Below, piece after piece: positions 30,255-40,308 of a stretch of 64,000 nucleotides of DNA (position 1 is the first letter of the stretch; the number at the start of each line of letters is the position of its first letter). The stretch lies in IMG/VR virus record IMGVR_UViG_3300025769_000086, one strand, 5' to 3'. The notes beneath the pieces were generated by a model that was not told where the DNA came from, did no database searches, and worked only from the letters and a program-made list of their open reading frames with translations. Source of the DNA: an uncultured virus (IMG/VR IMGVR_UViG_3300025769_000086). Taxonomy: Duplodnaviria; Heunggongvirae; Uroviricota; Caudoviricetes. The position numbers and the translations under genes were made by a program.

Positions 30255-32879
30255 ATGGCAGACCCAATTTCTGGACACACAACAACATTGACTGATGGCG
30301 GATTTATACTATCCCCATCTTTAACTAATTTGATAGCAGCAACACATGGCAATGGGATATTGTCTTTGGAAGATACGGCTACTACAGCAAGCACTCGTAA
30401 TACACCAGCGTCTTTACCCGGTGCTGTAACACATGATGGTAATTACACTATAACAATAAAAGGTGGTCATGCTGTAATAGATGGTCTGATTTGTGATTTT
30501 GCCGATGGTTACACCAACAACGCTCCAACAGCAATGACCTTACAATTAACTGCCGCTAATACTAGTGGAAGTAATTCTGCTTTAGGTTCAGGAGAGCAAT
30601 GTCTGTTTGTTGTATACGTCACATCTGATACTGGTAGTGGTAACACTAACAAGGGTATTAGAGTAGAAAAAGGTACTAACACTACGACTTTCCCTAGTAC
30701 ACCAAGTGCATTTTTGACAGACCCCGATAGTAGTTTAGATGTCAAACAATCTACTGTATTGGCTGTAGTAAGAGCGACATATCAAGCATCTAATGGTGGA
30801 GATTTAAATGTCGATATACAAGAAGTCTTCGATGTTAGAACTTTTTTGAAACCATCTCCAATATACTTTACACCAATGGTGAAGAGTGCTGTTGGTGCAG
30901 CAATTAACGATACTACTAGAATAAACGAGTTTCAAGATTTAGATGCTATGCATGGTGCAGGTAATGAGAACGGGCAGTTAGAGGACTCGACGTTAGGTGC
31001 TATGTGGATGAGTAAAGATGTACACGGTAACGATGCATTGTACTTTTCTGGAAAGTTAGGAGGTTCAAGAAGAACTTTCAAATTAGGTCCAGATAATTTA
31101 TATCAAGCCTCAACTAGTTCTAATATCACATTTGAATATGACGATTACAATTATTTCCTAATTACTCCGGGTGCTGGTATAACATTGAATCCTGATGTTT
31201 CAGATGCTGCGTTTCCTCCCGGTCATACTGTGATAGTCACCAATTTAGCGGCTAATACACATAGTATTGCTTTTGATAGTACAGGAATAAACATATCAAT
31301 TGGTCCTCAATCTTGGGGTATTTTCAGTTATACTGGTAGTGCGTGGGTTAAGGTTTTAGATGCGAGTCTTTCTACATCTACGTCTGCTGGTAATGCTAAT
31401 GAAGTTCAACTTGGTACTGCTTCAGCAGCCTTTGCTGCTTCTAGTTCTTTAACATTCAATGCATCTAGTAACCCTAAATTATTGACTTTAGGGGGTAATG
31501 CTAGTATTAGTGGTTTAGTGTATAATCCAACAGGATTACAATTTACGAAAGTTAATGATAATCCCGGTAATGCATTTACATTATGGGTGGATGAAGATGA
31601 TAGTGATAAATTAAAATTTGGTACTAGTGAAGTATCTGTAGGAGCAGGAACATCAACGTTTCTAGGTTTATCAGACACCCCTAGTAGTTTTACTAATGGG
31701 CATTTTTTGAAAACATCCGGTAGTGCTGTAACATCTGCTGCTCTTGCTAATTCTGATTTACCTACCGCTTTGACATCTGTAGTAAGTATAGGTAGAACTA
31801 ACGATGTATTGACTGTAAGTAAAGATTTGACTGTAACAGGTAATTTTATTGTCAACGGTGAAACTACTACAATAAATAGTAATACACTTACTGTAGATGA
31901 TAAATTTATTCAATTAGGTAATATAGCAAGTGGTACTATAACAGGTAATTTTTCTAATGCGTCTGCTGTTGTTACCAACATTACAGATACCAGTTCTCTA
32001 GTAGTTGGTATGGCTATAACTAATGGTGATGGTAGTGCAGGTGGTTTTACTGGAATAGCCGGAGGTACTACAATAGCAAGTGTGGATAGTACCACACAAA
32101 TAACTTTGAGTCAAGCAGTTAGTGGTAGTAGTAATGGAAGAATTGTGAATTTTGGTGCTTCTAGCGATTTAACATCTGATGGTGGTGGTATAAAATTAGC
32201 AGGTACTTCAACAAATAAAGAAATAACTTGGAGTAACGCTAACGATGCTTGGACATTTAATCAAAATATCTATCCTAGTACTGATAGTACTTACAATTTA
32301 GGTTCTTCAGCAATAAGATTTGCTAATGGGTATTTAGACGCTATTGATGCGACTAGTGTAGTTGCTGGTACTATTACAGGTTCGGGTGATTTGAATGTAA
32401 AGAAAAATAACGGAGATAGTGGCCTATTGTTCGTTGATAAATCCGCTGATAAGGTTGGAATAAACACAGGTACAGACCCTGCAATTGATTTGGAAGTTGG
32501 TGGTGCTGGATTTTCCAGTGTGATAACTGGTGGTACTGGTGGGTCAAACGCAGATTCAAATCAAATTGATATAACACTTTTAGATTCTACAAAAACTGCT
32601 AAATTTAAGGCTTTGAGATTATTTATGGCAATTTCTGGTACTGTAAGTGGTACAGCAGTAACAGAATTATCTACTGCACATGTGATTACTAATGGTAGTA
32701 GTGCTGGTGTAATAGGTACTCCTTATGGAGTCACTTTGAGTGCAGGTACTGCTGTTATTGGCACTTATGCAATTGGTTTCAATAGTGGTAGTCTATTGTT
32801 AAAACTCACAGCAAATAGTGGAGCACACGGCAACCCAATAACAGCAAAAATTACAATTCAAGGTATGGACTTAAGTTGA
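30255..32879 (+). CDS. Tail fibre protein 1
   Basis: G/S/T-rich; LTVTGNFIVNGETTTINSNTLTVDDKFIQLG and GGGIKL..WSNANDAW fibre segments. Confidence 0.7.
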   Translation: MADPISGHTTTLTDGGFILSPSLTNLIAATHGNGILSLEDTATTASTRNTPASLPGAVTHDGNYTITIKGGHAVIDGLICDFADGYTNNAPTAMTLQLTAANTSGSNSALGSGEQCLFVVYVTSDTGSGNTNKGIRVEKGTNTTTFPSTPSAFLTDPDSSLDVKQSTVLAVVRATYQASNGGDLNVDIQEVFDVRTFLKPSPIYFTPMVKSAVGAAINDTTRINEFQDLDAMHGAGNENGQLEDSTLGAMWMSKDVHGNDALYFSGKLGGSRRTFKLGPDNLYQASTSSNITFEYDDYNYFLITPGAGITLNPDVSDAAFPPGHTVIVTNLAANTHSIAFDSTGINISIGPQSWGIFSYTGSAWVKVLDASLSTSTSAGNANEVQLGTASAAFAASSSLTFNASSNPKLLTLGGNASISGLVYNPTGLQFTKVNDNPGNAFTLWVDEDDSDKLKFGTSEVSVGAGTSTFLGLSDTPSSFTNGHFLKTSGSAVTSAALANSDLPTALTSVVSIGRTNDVLTVSKDLTVTGNFIVNGETTTINSNTLTVDDKFIQLGNIASGTITGNFSNASAVVTNITDTSSLVVGMAITNGDGSAGGFTGIAGGTTIASVDSTTQITLSQAVSGSSNGRIVNFGASSDLTSDGGGIKLAGTSTNKEITWSNANDAWTFNQNIYPSTDSTYNLGSSAIRFANGYLDAIDATSVVAGTITGSGDLNVKKNNGDSGLLFVDKSADKVGINTGTDPAIDLEVGGAGFSSVITGGTGGSNADSNQIDITLLDSTKTAKFKALRLFMAISGTVSGTAVTELSTAHVITNGSSAGVIGTPYGVTLSAGTAVIGTYAIGFNSGSLLLKLTANSGAHGNPITAKITIQGMDLS

Positions 32880-32888
32880 GGTGATTAA

Positions 32889-34535
32889 ATGACGGAAGTA
32901 GATTTTAAGGTCAAAAAGGGTTTTGTGTCCGAAAATGGGGATTTAACTTTACAGAATGGTAATATCGAATTAGCGAATGGTCATGCTGATATAGATAACA
33001 TCAGGATTGATGGTAATACTATATCAAGTCAAGATACTAATGGTGCTATTGCTCTAATACCTAATGGTGACGGTTTAGTGAAAATTAATACTGGTAATTC
33101 AGAGTTTTATCTTCCAACAAGTGATTCTCCTACTGCTGGACATGTAATTACTTTCCCTAGTAGCGGTAAACAAACAATATGGTCAGCCCCTACTGCTGGT
33201 GGTGTAGCAGCAGATGATATTACAACTGGTGATGCAGCCATAAACATCGTAACAACGTCTGGAAATATTACATTAGACGCTCAAGCGACAGATGCTGATA
33301 TTATCTTTAAAGTGGATGATGGTGATACTCCTGTCACTGCTTTGACATTAGATGGTTCTGATGCTGGTAGAGGTATTTTTGCAGGTAATGTTACTGTAAC
33401 TGGTAATGAAGTTGCATTTGGTAATGGTGCAACTATTGTAAACACTAATGCTAATTTATTAACAATTACTGAAGCAACTACAGCCTTTAGTGCAGATGTC
33501 ACTGTTGGTGGAGATTTGACAGTCACAGGTAATGATATCAAATCATCCGGCGGCACTACTGCGATTACTCTGAGTGGGGCAAACGTTGAACTTGCTGGAA
33601 ATTTGACTGTAACGGGAAAAACAATTACTACTGAAGTGGAAACTGTATCGACATCTAATGGTGTTCTGTTTGAAGGTAGTGCTGCAAACAACAATGAGAT
33701 ATTATTGAAAGCAGGTACAGTTAGTGCAGATAGAACTATTACTTTACCTGATGAAACTGGTACTGTACTAACTACTGCATCTACAGCATCTGCACTTACA
33801 TCTGTAGGTACATTAACTGCTTTAACAGTAGACAATATAAGTATCAATGGTACTACAATCGGACACACTGATGATACTGATTTAATTACACTTGCAAATA
33901 CATCAGTTGCATTTGCCAGCGATGTTGATGTTAATGTTGCTAAAGCAGGTGGTTTACAAATAGGAGGAACTGCGGTTACAGCAACAGCAACAGAACTCAA
34001 TGTTTTGGATAATGTGACGGCTGGAACTGTTACTGCTAGTTTAGCACTAGTTGTTGATAGCAGTAAAGATATTGCTACATTAAATCAACTAGATTCAGCA
34101 ACGCTAAAGGCAGGTGCTGGTGTTGCTGTAGCGACTGGTGGAGACCATATATTAATTGGAGATGATGATAAAACTAGTATTTTTTCCAAAACTTCTGCTG
34201 CTACTAGTTTTAACACTAGTGGAACGATATTTACATTAGCAAGTGGTACAAATAAAGGTGTTAAACTTTTAATTCATTTTAAACAAGTTGCTAGTCCTTA
34301 TCACGTTCATATGGAAGAAATGTTAGTTACATGGGGTGGCTCTGCAAGTAGTAATACAAGTGCAGGGGCTGATGCAGATGTACATGTAGTGCAATACGGT
34401 CTAATTCGTACTGCTACATCAGGTGCAGGTTCTGGTGTAATAACTGTGACTCGTAGTAGTGCTAACATAAATGTAGTCTGGACTGCTGGAACTGCCGAAA
34501 GTTGGGTTTATAAAATACATGCTGTCAAAATATGA
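32889..34535 (+). CDS. Tail fibre protein 2
   Basis: Repeated GDLTVTGN/GNLTVTG, ADRTITLPDETGTV, LTSVGTLTAL fibre motifs. Confidence 0.7.
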   Translation: MTEVDFKVKKGFVSENGDLTLQNGNIELANGHADIDNIRIDGNTISSQDTNGAIALIPNGDGLVKINTGNSEFYLPTSDSPTAGHVITFPSSGKQTIWSAPTAGGVAADDITTGDAAINIVTTSGNITLDAQATDADIIFKVDDGDTPVTALTLDGSDAGRGIFAGNVTVTGNEVAFGNGATIVNTNANLLTITEATTAFSADVTVGGDLTVTGNDIKSSGGTTAITLSGANVELAGNLTVTGKTITTEVETVSTSNGVLFEGSAANNNEILLKAGTVSADRTITLPDETGTVLTTASTASALTSVGTLTALTVDNISINGTTIGHTDDTDLITLANTSVAFASDVDVNVAKAGGLQIGGTAVTATATELNVLDNVTAGTVTASLALVVDSSKDIATLNQLDSATLKAGAGVAVATGGDHILIGDDDKTSIFSKTSAATSFNTSGTIFTLASGTNKGVKLLIHFKQVASPYHVHMEEMLVTWGGSASSNTSAGADADVHVVQYGLIRTATSGAGSGVITVTRSSANINVVWTAGTAESWVYKIHAVKI

Positions 34536-34544
34536 GGTGGAAAA

Positions 34545-37500
34545 ATGGTAACATATACACCTTTTAAGGCATTACACGGTGCAAAAATCGAAGATGATGG
34601 TAATGCTGAAATCAATGTAGAGAGATATAGCGGTGCTAATATCCGTATACAATCACAAGCATCTGCTGGTAGAATTGAGACAACAAATGCACATGAATTA
34701 TGGTTAGGTGCAAATGGTAGCGGTAGAATAGAAATTCAATCCGGTGGATTAGTGAGTATACCCGGTAATTTGACAGTTAGTGGTACATTTAATGCAACAC
34801 TTGCTACTGCTGCTCAAACTAACATAACATCTCTTGGTTCTTTATCATCATTAGATGTTAATGGTGATGCTACTGTATCAGGTAATCTATCATTAGATGG
34901 TTCTAATAAAGAATTAAGATTTTATGAAGGTGCTAACTATGTAGGGTTTGAAGCCCCTGCTTTATCTGCTGACCAAATATGGGTATTACCTGCTTCTGAT
35001 GGTAGTGCAAACCAAGCCTTAACTACGGATGGTAGCGGTAATTTTCAGTGGTCTAGTGCAAGCAGTATTGCAGGAGCAGGTAGCAATTTATCTCTTGCCA
35101 ACGGTACTAACAATCGCATTGTAACTGCGGTAGATGGTAGTAATCTAAACGGTGAAGCAAATTTAACTTTTGATGGTTCTACATTAACCGTTGCAGGTAA
35201 TATGTTAGTTAACAATCATGGCTCATTAAAGGCAAACGGAAGTGGGTCTTTACTGCTTGGAAATACAAATTCTGGTGTTATTAAAGTTCATGGAGATACA
35301 GGTTCATCTATTGTAGAAGGTTATGGTAATCACCTAATTCTACAAACGGTGCGTGATAGTGACGATATAATATTTAGAGTCAATGCAGGTGGAACAGATA
35401 GTGATTCTACTGTTGTTGAAGCGATGAGAATACATGGGCCGGATGCTAATATTGGAATAGGCACTACGAGTCCTTCTACTGAACTTCATCTATCGGGTGC
35501 TTCCCATCCTTCAATAAGAGTTACAGGGACAGATAATGCGGGTGCTGACCCTGCAATCGAGTTATTAGGAACTGCTGATGACTTTACCGAAGGTGGGCAA
35601 CTTTGGTATGATAATGGTACAGGAGTTCTTCATCTTGCATCAATTTACAACAACGATGCCGCAGATATACAATTCCATACAAAGGTAGCCGCAGACAGAA
35701 GCACTTCAAATGTAAGAATGACAATAGCGGGTGATGGTAATGTAGGAATAGGCACTACAAGCCCCGAATACAAATTAGATGTCACAGGCTCTCTTAGAAT
35801 ACTTCCAACTATTTCTTCTCATGCGGGTACTGCTATCAGGATAGGGCCACAGGACAATGATATTGATGTCACTTTGCTGAGAGTCGATGGCAATGGTGGT
35901 GGTGCTGGTACTGGAAACTCCGGTGAATCGGATGATTCTAATTATGGTTTCTCGTTGAAATACATGGGAAGTGGAACGGGAGTAAATAACCGATATGCCC
36001 TTTGGATGGATAACTCAGACGCAACAGCATTAGAGGCCATGACTGTCCTACAAGATGGTAAGGTCGGAATAGGTACTGCAAGTCCCGACTATACATTAGA
36101 CGTAGCGGGTAATATCGGTGTAGACCAGTTCATCTATCATAATGGAGATACAGACACATATCTTAACTTACAAACCGATGATGCGAGAATGGTTGTAGGG
36201 AATGATATTGCTTGGTGGTATGATGAGGGTGCGGCTTCTAAACTACATTTATCGTGGAACGGTGAAGCAGATGTTGAGATAGGAAATGCGGGCGGTACTC
36301 CCGATTTCTTCTTTGGTGGTTCACAAGGTTCTTACAATGGTAAAATGGGAATAGGTACTACAAGTCCTGATTCACAGTTAGATATATCATCTGCTAGTAC
36401 GGCTACATTAAGACTTTCAAATAGTGATACTTCGTTAACAGAAGGACAGATAACAGGTGAAATTATCTTTTATCAAGATGATGATAGTGGTAGTGCAGAT
36501 GGTATAACAGGCCGTATAGGTATGCGTTCATCAAAAAGAAGTGACGGTACTTATTATGGTAATGCAGGAGACATGGGTTTCTTTGTTGCAGGTTCGGGTA
36601 ATTATTCAACTGCTAGTCAAAATGCCGACTTAGAGGCTATGAGTATTAGAGCAGGTGGTAATGTTGGAATAGGCACTACAACTCCTGACTATGAATTAGA
36701 TGTAGCGGGAGACATCGGTATAAACTCATATATTCGTCATAATGGAGATGCAGATACTTACATTAAATTTGACACAGATGGAATTAGATTAGTAGCAGGA
36801 AATGATTTGGCACTTCACTATGAAGAAGATTCTACGTCAAAACTACATCTGTCATATAATGGAGAAGCAGATGTTGAGATAGGAAATGCGGGTGGTACTC
36901 CAAATTTCTTCTTTGGTGGTTCACAAGGTTCGTATGATGCTAAGATGGGGATAGGTACTTCTACTCCTTCTTCTCTACTACATATTCACGGAGACATGGC
37001 TGATGGTAAACAAGGTATTCTGATAACAAGAAATGATACTAGTACTGCCGACACTAATCTTCTTGGGGCGATTGGTTTTGATTCGAGTGACGGCAATATC
37101 CCTAGTAAAGTGACAGAGGCATCTGCGGGTATTGCTGCTTATGCCGCAGAAGACCACAGTACAGGAGATAAAGGTGGAGACTTAGTATTCTTTACTTCGC
37201 CTATTAACCAAAATGATGATACTGACGCTCTTGAGAGAATGCGTATTGATTCAGAAGGGAAGATTGGAATAGGTACTAATGACCCTTGCGACTTAGTACA
37301 TATAGCAGGTTATGGTAGAGTATTTACTGAAACTGCGGGTTATCTTGATGGTAATATTTTCAACAGTTATTCATGGTCGCCAATGTCTGATTTAACTAAC
37401 CCACCTGCCGGATTTACAATTAATGGTGGAACAGATGAAAATAGTATAGTCTATGGTCAAACTCCGTTAGGTTCAGATGATTATTATTATGCTAGAGGAT

Positions 37501-39644
37501 TACTATGGCGTTTTCAAGATAGTGGTAATAATAGTGCAAGTGGTGGATTCTTAACTGCCGCACCATATCCTAAAATTGATATAAATAAAAGTTATAGAAT
37601 GTCTGTATGGATAAAAAGGAGTCATCTTACAGAAGGTGCTTACTACATGGGCATATACGGTATGGATGATACTAATGGAAGTAACGTAGGGTTACAAGAT
37701 GTAAGTAGAAGGGGGACATGTGATGGTGCAATAACGACCACAGGTACTTTTACTGCTGATTTCTCTAGCGGTAGTGCCACTCTTACAAATATTAGCATAA
37801 ATACTAATTTATTAGCAACAGGAATGTCTTTGTTTGATGTAGCAGATGGTACATTCGATGGAATACCCGACAACACTACTATTCAATCAATAGATTCATC
37901 TTCTCAAATAACCATGAGTGCTAATGCTACAGCCACAAGTACAACTAGACCTGTTAATTACGGTAAAACAAGTATTACGTTGGATTCCGGTCATAATTTA
38001 CTTGATGGTAATGGTAGCACGACAAGATATGCAGTGATAAATAACGTAGATAGAATATCTTATACTGATATAGATAACAATGTTTTGACAGGTATTCCAT
38101 TAACCGGAGAGTATGCTATAAGCCAAGCACATGCCGATAATGCTAAAATAATGCAGTTAGAAACTAACGCTTATTTCATGAGTGGTGATTTACCGGAAGT
38201 AGATAAGTGGTATTTAGTAGTAGGTTATGTTCAAGGTCAAGGGGATACAGATTACACAGATAGAGGTGCGGTATATGATGGTGAGACAGGTAATAGGGTA
38301 GGTACTTGCGGTAATTTCCAATGGTGGTCACAATCTACATATGTTAAAAATAGAGTTTATATGTTTTACAGTGATGACAATCCTGAACAAATTCAACATG
38401 CTTTTGGTCCACGTTTTGAAGAAATAAGTGATGCTCCACAGATAAGCACTCTTCTAGGTGGAAAAATAACAACAGGTATGACGATTAAAAATGATGTATC
38501 AACTGCGACTCCTACAAGTGGTTATGTTTCACTCGGAGAGTATGCGGGTGCATTAGAGGTGACTACTGAACACAGTTATCTCCGTTTAGGTGCAACAAAT
38601 GGTAGTTATAACCATATACAGGGAGGAAATGCAAAATTCTATTTCAATAAACCTTTAGTTATAGATGGTGGAAATACATCGGGTAGTGCTTACCAAATTT
38701 CTTCTTACTCTTCTGAAGATTTAGTGTTAGCAACTCAAGATGGTGCAGAAAATAGACTAACAATAAAATCCGACACAGGTAATATAGGAATAGGAACTAC
38801 AAGCCCTTCCGCAAAATTACAAGTTCTTCAAAATAATGCCGCATGGACTATACTTGCGGGTGCTGATTTAAGTAATCCAACTTTAACTGATAATACTAGA
38901 AAATTTATGAGATTAGGTATGCCACATTATGATACTGATGAAGAAAACTTTTCTCTAATAACAGGTGATGCTGATAATGGTCAAAACAAGTTATTTATAG
39001 GTGGTGGAACAAGTGTTGGGAATGCGGCAACTGATATTTTCTTCAATACTGCGGCTAACTCAACTACAACTACCGGAACAACAAGAATGACAATAAAAGG
39101 TAGTGGTAATGTTGGAATAGGCGTTACCGCACCTTCTGCAAAATTAGAGGTTGCAGGTGAAATTAAAACTTCGTTAGGTAACATCAACAGTTGTGTTTCA
39201 TTTGTTTATAACAGAAGTGACATGGATTCCGGTGCAGTAAATCTAAAAGCAGTAGCATTTGATGGTTCTTCATCACAAAATCATTGGGGATATATTATGC
39301 CTAAATCGGGAACAGTAAAATATTTAACATTAAACACTAGAAATCATACAGTAACAAGTACAAATGAACAAACTTGGAAAATAAACAATAACAACAATAA
39401 TTCTAGTTCGGGAGAATTTTTCCAAATTGCAGTAGCAAAAGGTGCAACTCAAGATAATACAGGAGTCAGTGGAGATGCTACAATGGAATTAACACAATCT
39501 CCTCATTCAAGTACAATATGGAGAGGTTCAGTGGTTGTAAACCACACCTTTGATGCAGGAGATGAAATTAGAATACAAAGAACAAATGCCAACAGTGTTG
39601 ACATGGGAGATACTGTTGGTGTTATATACGTGGAGTTTGATTGA
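34545..39644 (+). CDS. Long modular tail fibre / receptor-binding protein (1699 aa)
   Basis: Nine GIG(T/V)xxP junctions delimiting ~94-109-aa modules; followed by a fibre chaperone gene. Confidence 0.8.
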   Translation: MVTYTPFKALHGAKIEDDGNAEINVERYSGANIRIQSQASAGRIETTNAHELWLGANGSGRIEIQSGGLVSIPGNLTVSGTFNATLATAAQTNITSLGSLSSLDVNGDATVSGNLSLDGSNKELRFYEGANYVGFEAPALSADQIWVLPASDGSANQALTTDGSGNFQWSSASSIAGAGSNLSLANGTNNRIVTAVDGSNLNGEANLTFDGSTLTVAGNMLVNNHGSLKANGSGSLLLGNTNSGVIKVHGDTGSSIVEGYGNHLILQTVRDSDDIIFRVNAGGTDSDSTVVEAMRIHGPDANIGIGTTSPSTELHLSGASHPSIRVTGTDNAGADPAIELLGTADDFTEGGQLWYDNGTGVLHLASIYNNDAADIQFHTKVAADRSTSNVRMTIAGDGNVGIGTTSPEYKLDVTGSLRILPTISSHAGTAIRIGPQDNDIDVTLLRVDGNGGGAGTGNSGESDDSNYGFSLKYMGSGTGVNNRYALWMDNSDATALEAMTVLQDGKVGIGTASPDYTLDVAGNIGVDQFIYHNGDTDTYLNLQTDDARMVVGNDIAWWYDEGAASKLHLSWNGEADVEIGNAGGTPDFFFGGSQGSYNGKMGIGTTSPDSQLDISSASTATLRLSNSDTSLTEGQITGEIIFYQDDDSGSADGITGRIGMRSSKRSDGTYYGNAGDMGFFVAGSGNYSTASQNADLEAMSIRAGGNVGIGTTTPDYELDVAGDIGINSYIRHNGDADTYIKFDTDGIRLVAGNDLALHYEEDSTSKLHLSYNGEADVEIGNAGGTPNFFFGGSQGSYDAKMGIGTSTPSSLLHIHGDMADGKQGILITRNDTSTADTNLLGAIGFDSSDGNIPSKVTEASAGIAAYAAEDHSTGDKGGDLVFFTSPINQNDDTDALERMRIDSEGKIGIGTNDPCDLVHIAGYGRVFTETAGYLDGNIFNSYSWSPMSDLTNPPAGFTINGGTDENSIVYGQTPLGSDDYYYARGLLWRFQDSGNNSASGGFLTAAPYPKIDINKSYRMSVWIKRSHLTEGAYYMGIYGMDDTNGSNVGLQDVSRRGTCDGAITTTGTFTADFSSGSATLTNISINTNLLATGMSLFDVADGTFDGIPDNTTIQSIDSSSQITMSANATATSTTRPVNYGKTSITLDSGHNLLDGNGSTTRYAVINNVDRISYTDIDNNVLTGIPLTGEYAISQAHADNAKIMQLETNAYFMSGDLPEVDKWYLVVGYVQGQGDTDYTDRGAVYDGETGNRVGTCGNFQWWSQSTYVKNRVYMFYSDDNPEQIQHAFGPRFEEISDAPQISTLLGGKITTGMTIKNDVSTATPTSGYVSLGEYAGALEVTTEHSYLRLGATNGSYNHIQGGNAKFYFNKPLVIDGGNTSGSAYQISSYSSEDLVLATQDGAENRLTIKSDTGNIGIGTTSPSAKLQVLQNNAAWTILAGADLSNPTLTDNTRKFMRLGMPHYDTDEENFSLITGDADNGQNKLFIGGGTSVGNAATDIFFNTAANSTTTTGTTRMTIKGSGNVGIGVTAPSAKLEVAGEIKTSLGNINSCVSFVYNRSDMDSGAVNLKAVAFDGSSSQNHWGYIMPKSGTVKYLTLNTRNHTVTSTNEQTWKINNNNNNSSSGEFFQIAVAKGATQDNTGVSGDATMELTQSPHSSTIWRGSVVVNHTFDAGDEIRIQRTNANSVDMGDTVGVIYVEFD
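35454..39134 (+). repeat. Nine copies of fibre junction motif GG(A/G)ATAGG..
   Basis: Copies begin at 35454, 35745, 36066, 36348, 36666, 36948, 37266, 38787 and 39114. Confidence 0.9.
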
Positions 39645-39646
39645 TT

Positions 39647-39877
39647 ATGAGTGAAATAACGGCAGAAGAAACGGCTTGGGATATACTAAGAGAAGATAGA
39701 AATGCACTATTACGTGGCATAGATAAATATCAAGGTGTATTATTTTATGAATCACTAACAGATACACAAAAACAAGAACTGATTACATATAGACAGGCAC
39801 TTTTAGATTTACCTGCGGCATATGATAATCCCGAAGATTGTTATGCTAATTTACCAACAAAACCTTCTTGGATTTAA
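39647..39877 (+). CDS. Tail fibre assembly chaperone (Phage_tail_APC-like)
   Basis: WDILREDRNALL...YRQALLDLP...PTKPSW signature directly after fibre gene. Confidence 0.8.
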   Translation: MSEITAEETAWDILREDRNALLRGIDKYQGVLFYESLTDTQKQELITYRQALLDLPAAYDNPEDCYANLPTKPSWI

Positions 39878-39951
39878 TTCTTTTTTCTAAGAGCCAACCA
39901 TACAAAGAACTTATTTGATAAAGTCCAAAACGCTTTATCTATTTTGTTCAT
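39874..39951 (-). CDS. Micropeptide e, 25 aa (MNKIDKAFWTLSNKFFVWLALRKKN)
   Basis: Hand translation; AAGGT upstream; its TAA overlaps the + strand TAA of the chaperone gene. Confidence 0.55.
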   Translation of the reverse strand: MNKIDKAFWTLSNKFFVWLALRKKN

Positions 39952-40003
39952 TAATCATACCTTCCAATATTATTTCCCAATAATCCCAATTAATATCATT
40001 CAC
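39935..40003 (-). CDS. Micropeptide d, 22 aa (MNDINWDYWEIILEGMINEQNR)
   Basis: GTG start with AGGTGG upstream; overlaps both neighbours. Confidence 0.45.
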   Translation of the reverse strand: MNDINWDYWEIILEGMINEQNR

Positions 40004-40148
40004 GATTAATATTCCACCTATAGATTATATTACCAACAATCATGGTCATTGTGGCTATGAAGAATATTAATGAAAAAACCGGAGAATCTAAACTTACTGG
40101 AATATCACTTTCTAAAAATTTCATAGTATTGTCTATGTTAAAGTTCAT
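39996..40148 (-). CDS. Micropeptide c, 50 aa, one predicted transmembrane helix
   Basis: ATGA-coupled; hydrophobic stretch VFSLIFFIATMTMIVGNIIY. Confidence 0.6.
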   Translation of the reverse strand: MNFNIDNTMKFLESDIPVSLDSPVFSLIFFIATMTMIVGNIIYRWNINRE

Positions 40149-40228
40149 TCATCCCAACCTCTAAATGTTTCTTCCATAAATTCTTTTATCCACTTACATG
40201 ACCCGTTGTGATGTTTTCTATCTTTCAT
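40145..40228 (-). CDS. Micropeptide b, 27 aa (MKDRKHHNGSCKWIKEFMEETFRGWDE)
   Basis: ATGA-coupled at both ends; GAGG upstream. Confidence 0.55.
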   Translation of the reverse strand: MKDRKHHNGSCKWIKEFMEETFRGWDE

Positions 40229-40308
40229 TTAAAATCCTCTTCTGTTTTGCCAAACCAATTTAGAAAGGCTTCCCTCATGGGTTTATTAGTTATCCAACCT
40301 TTTGGCAT
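40225..40308 (-). CDS. Micropeptide a, 27 aa (MPKGWITNKPMREAFLNWFGKTEEDFK)
   Basis: First ORF of the coupled chain; ATGA overlap with b. Confidence 0.5.
   Translation of the reverse strand: MPKGWITNKPMREAFLNWFGKTEEDFK

Noticed and set aside
30509..34000. Long antisense ORFs over fibre genes (e.g. 33281..34000, 31406..31855) and similar shadows across the window
   Set aside because: Mirror frames of strongly biased Thr/Ala/Gly/Val codons; no RBS or motifs; fully inside real genes
36066..36968. Duplicated fibre segments as a diversity-generating retroelement TR/VR pair
   Set aside because: Both copies are in-frame coding, differences are not adenine-specific, and no reverse transcriptase is in the window
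39383..39401. AAC/AAT run encoding six Asn
   Set aside because: Short low-complexity coding tract with no further structure
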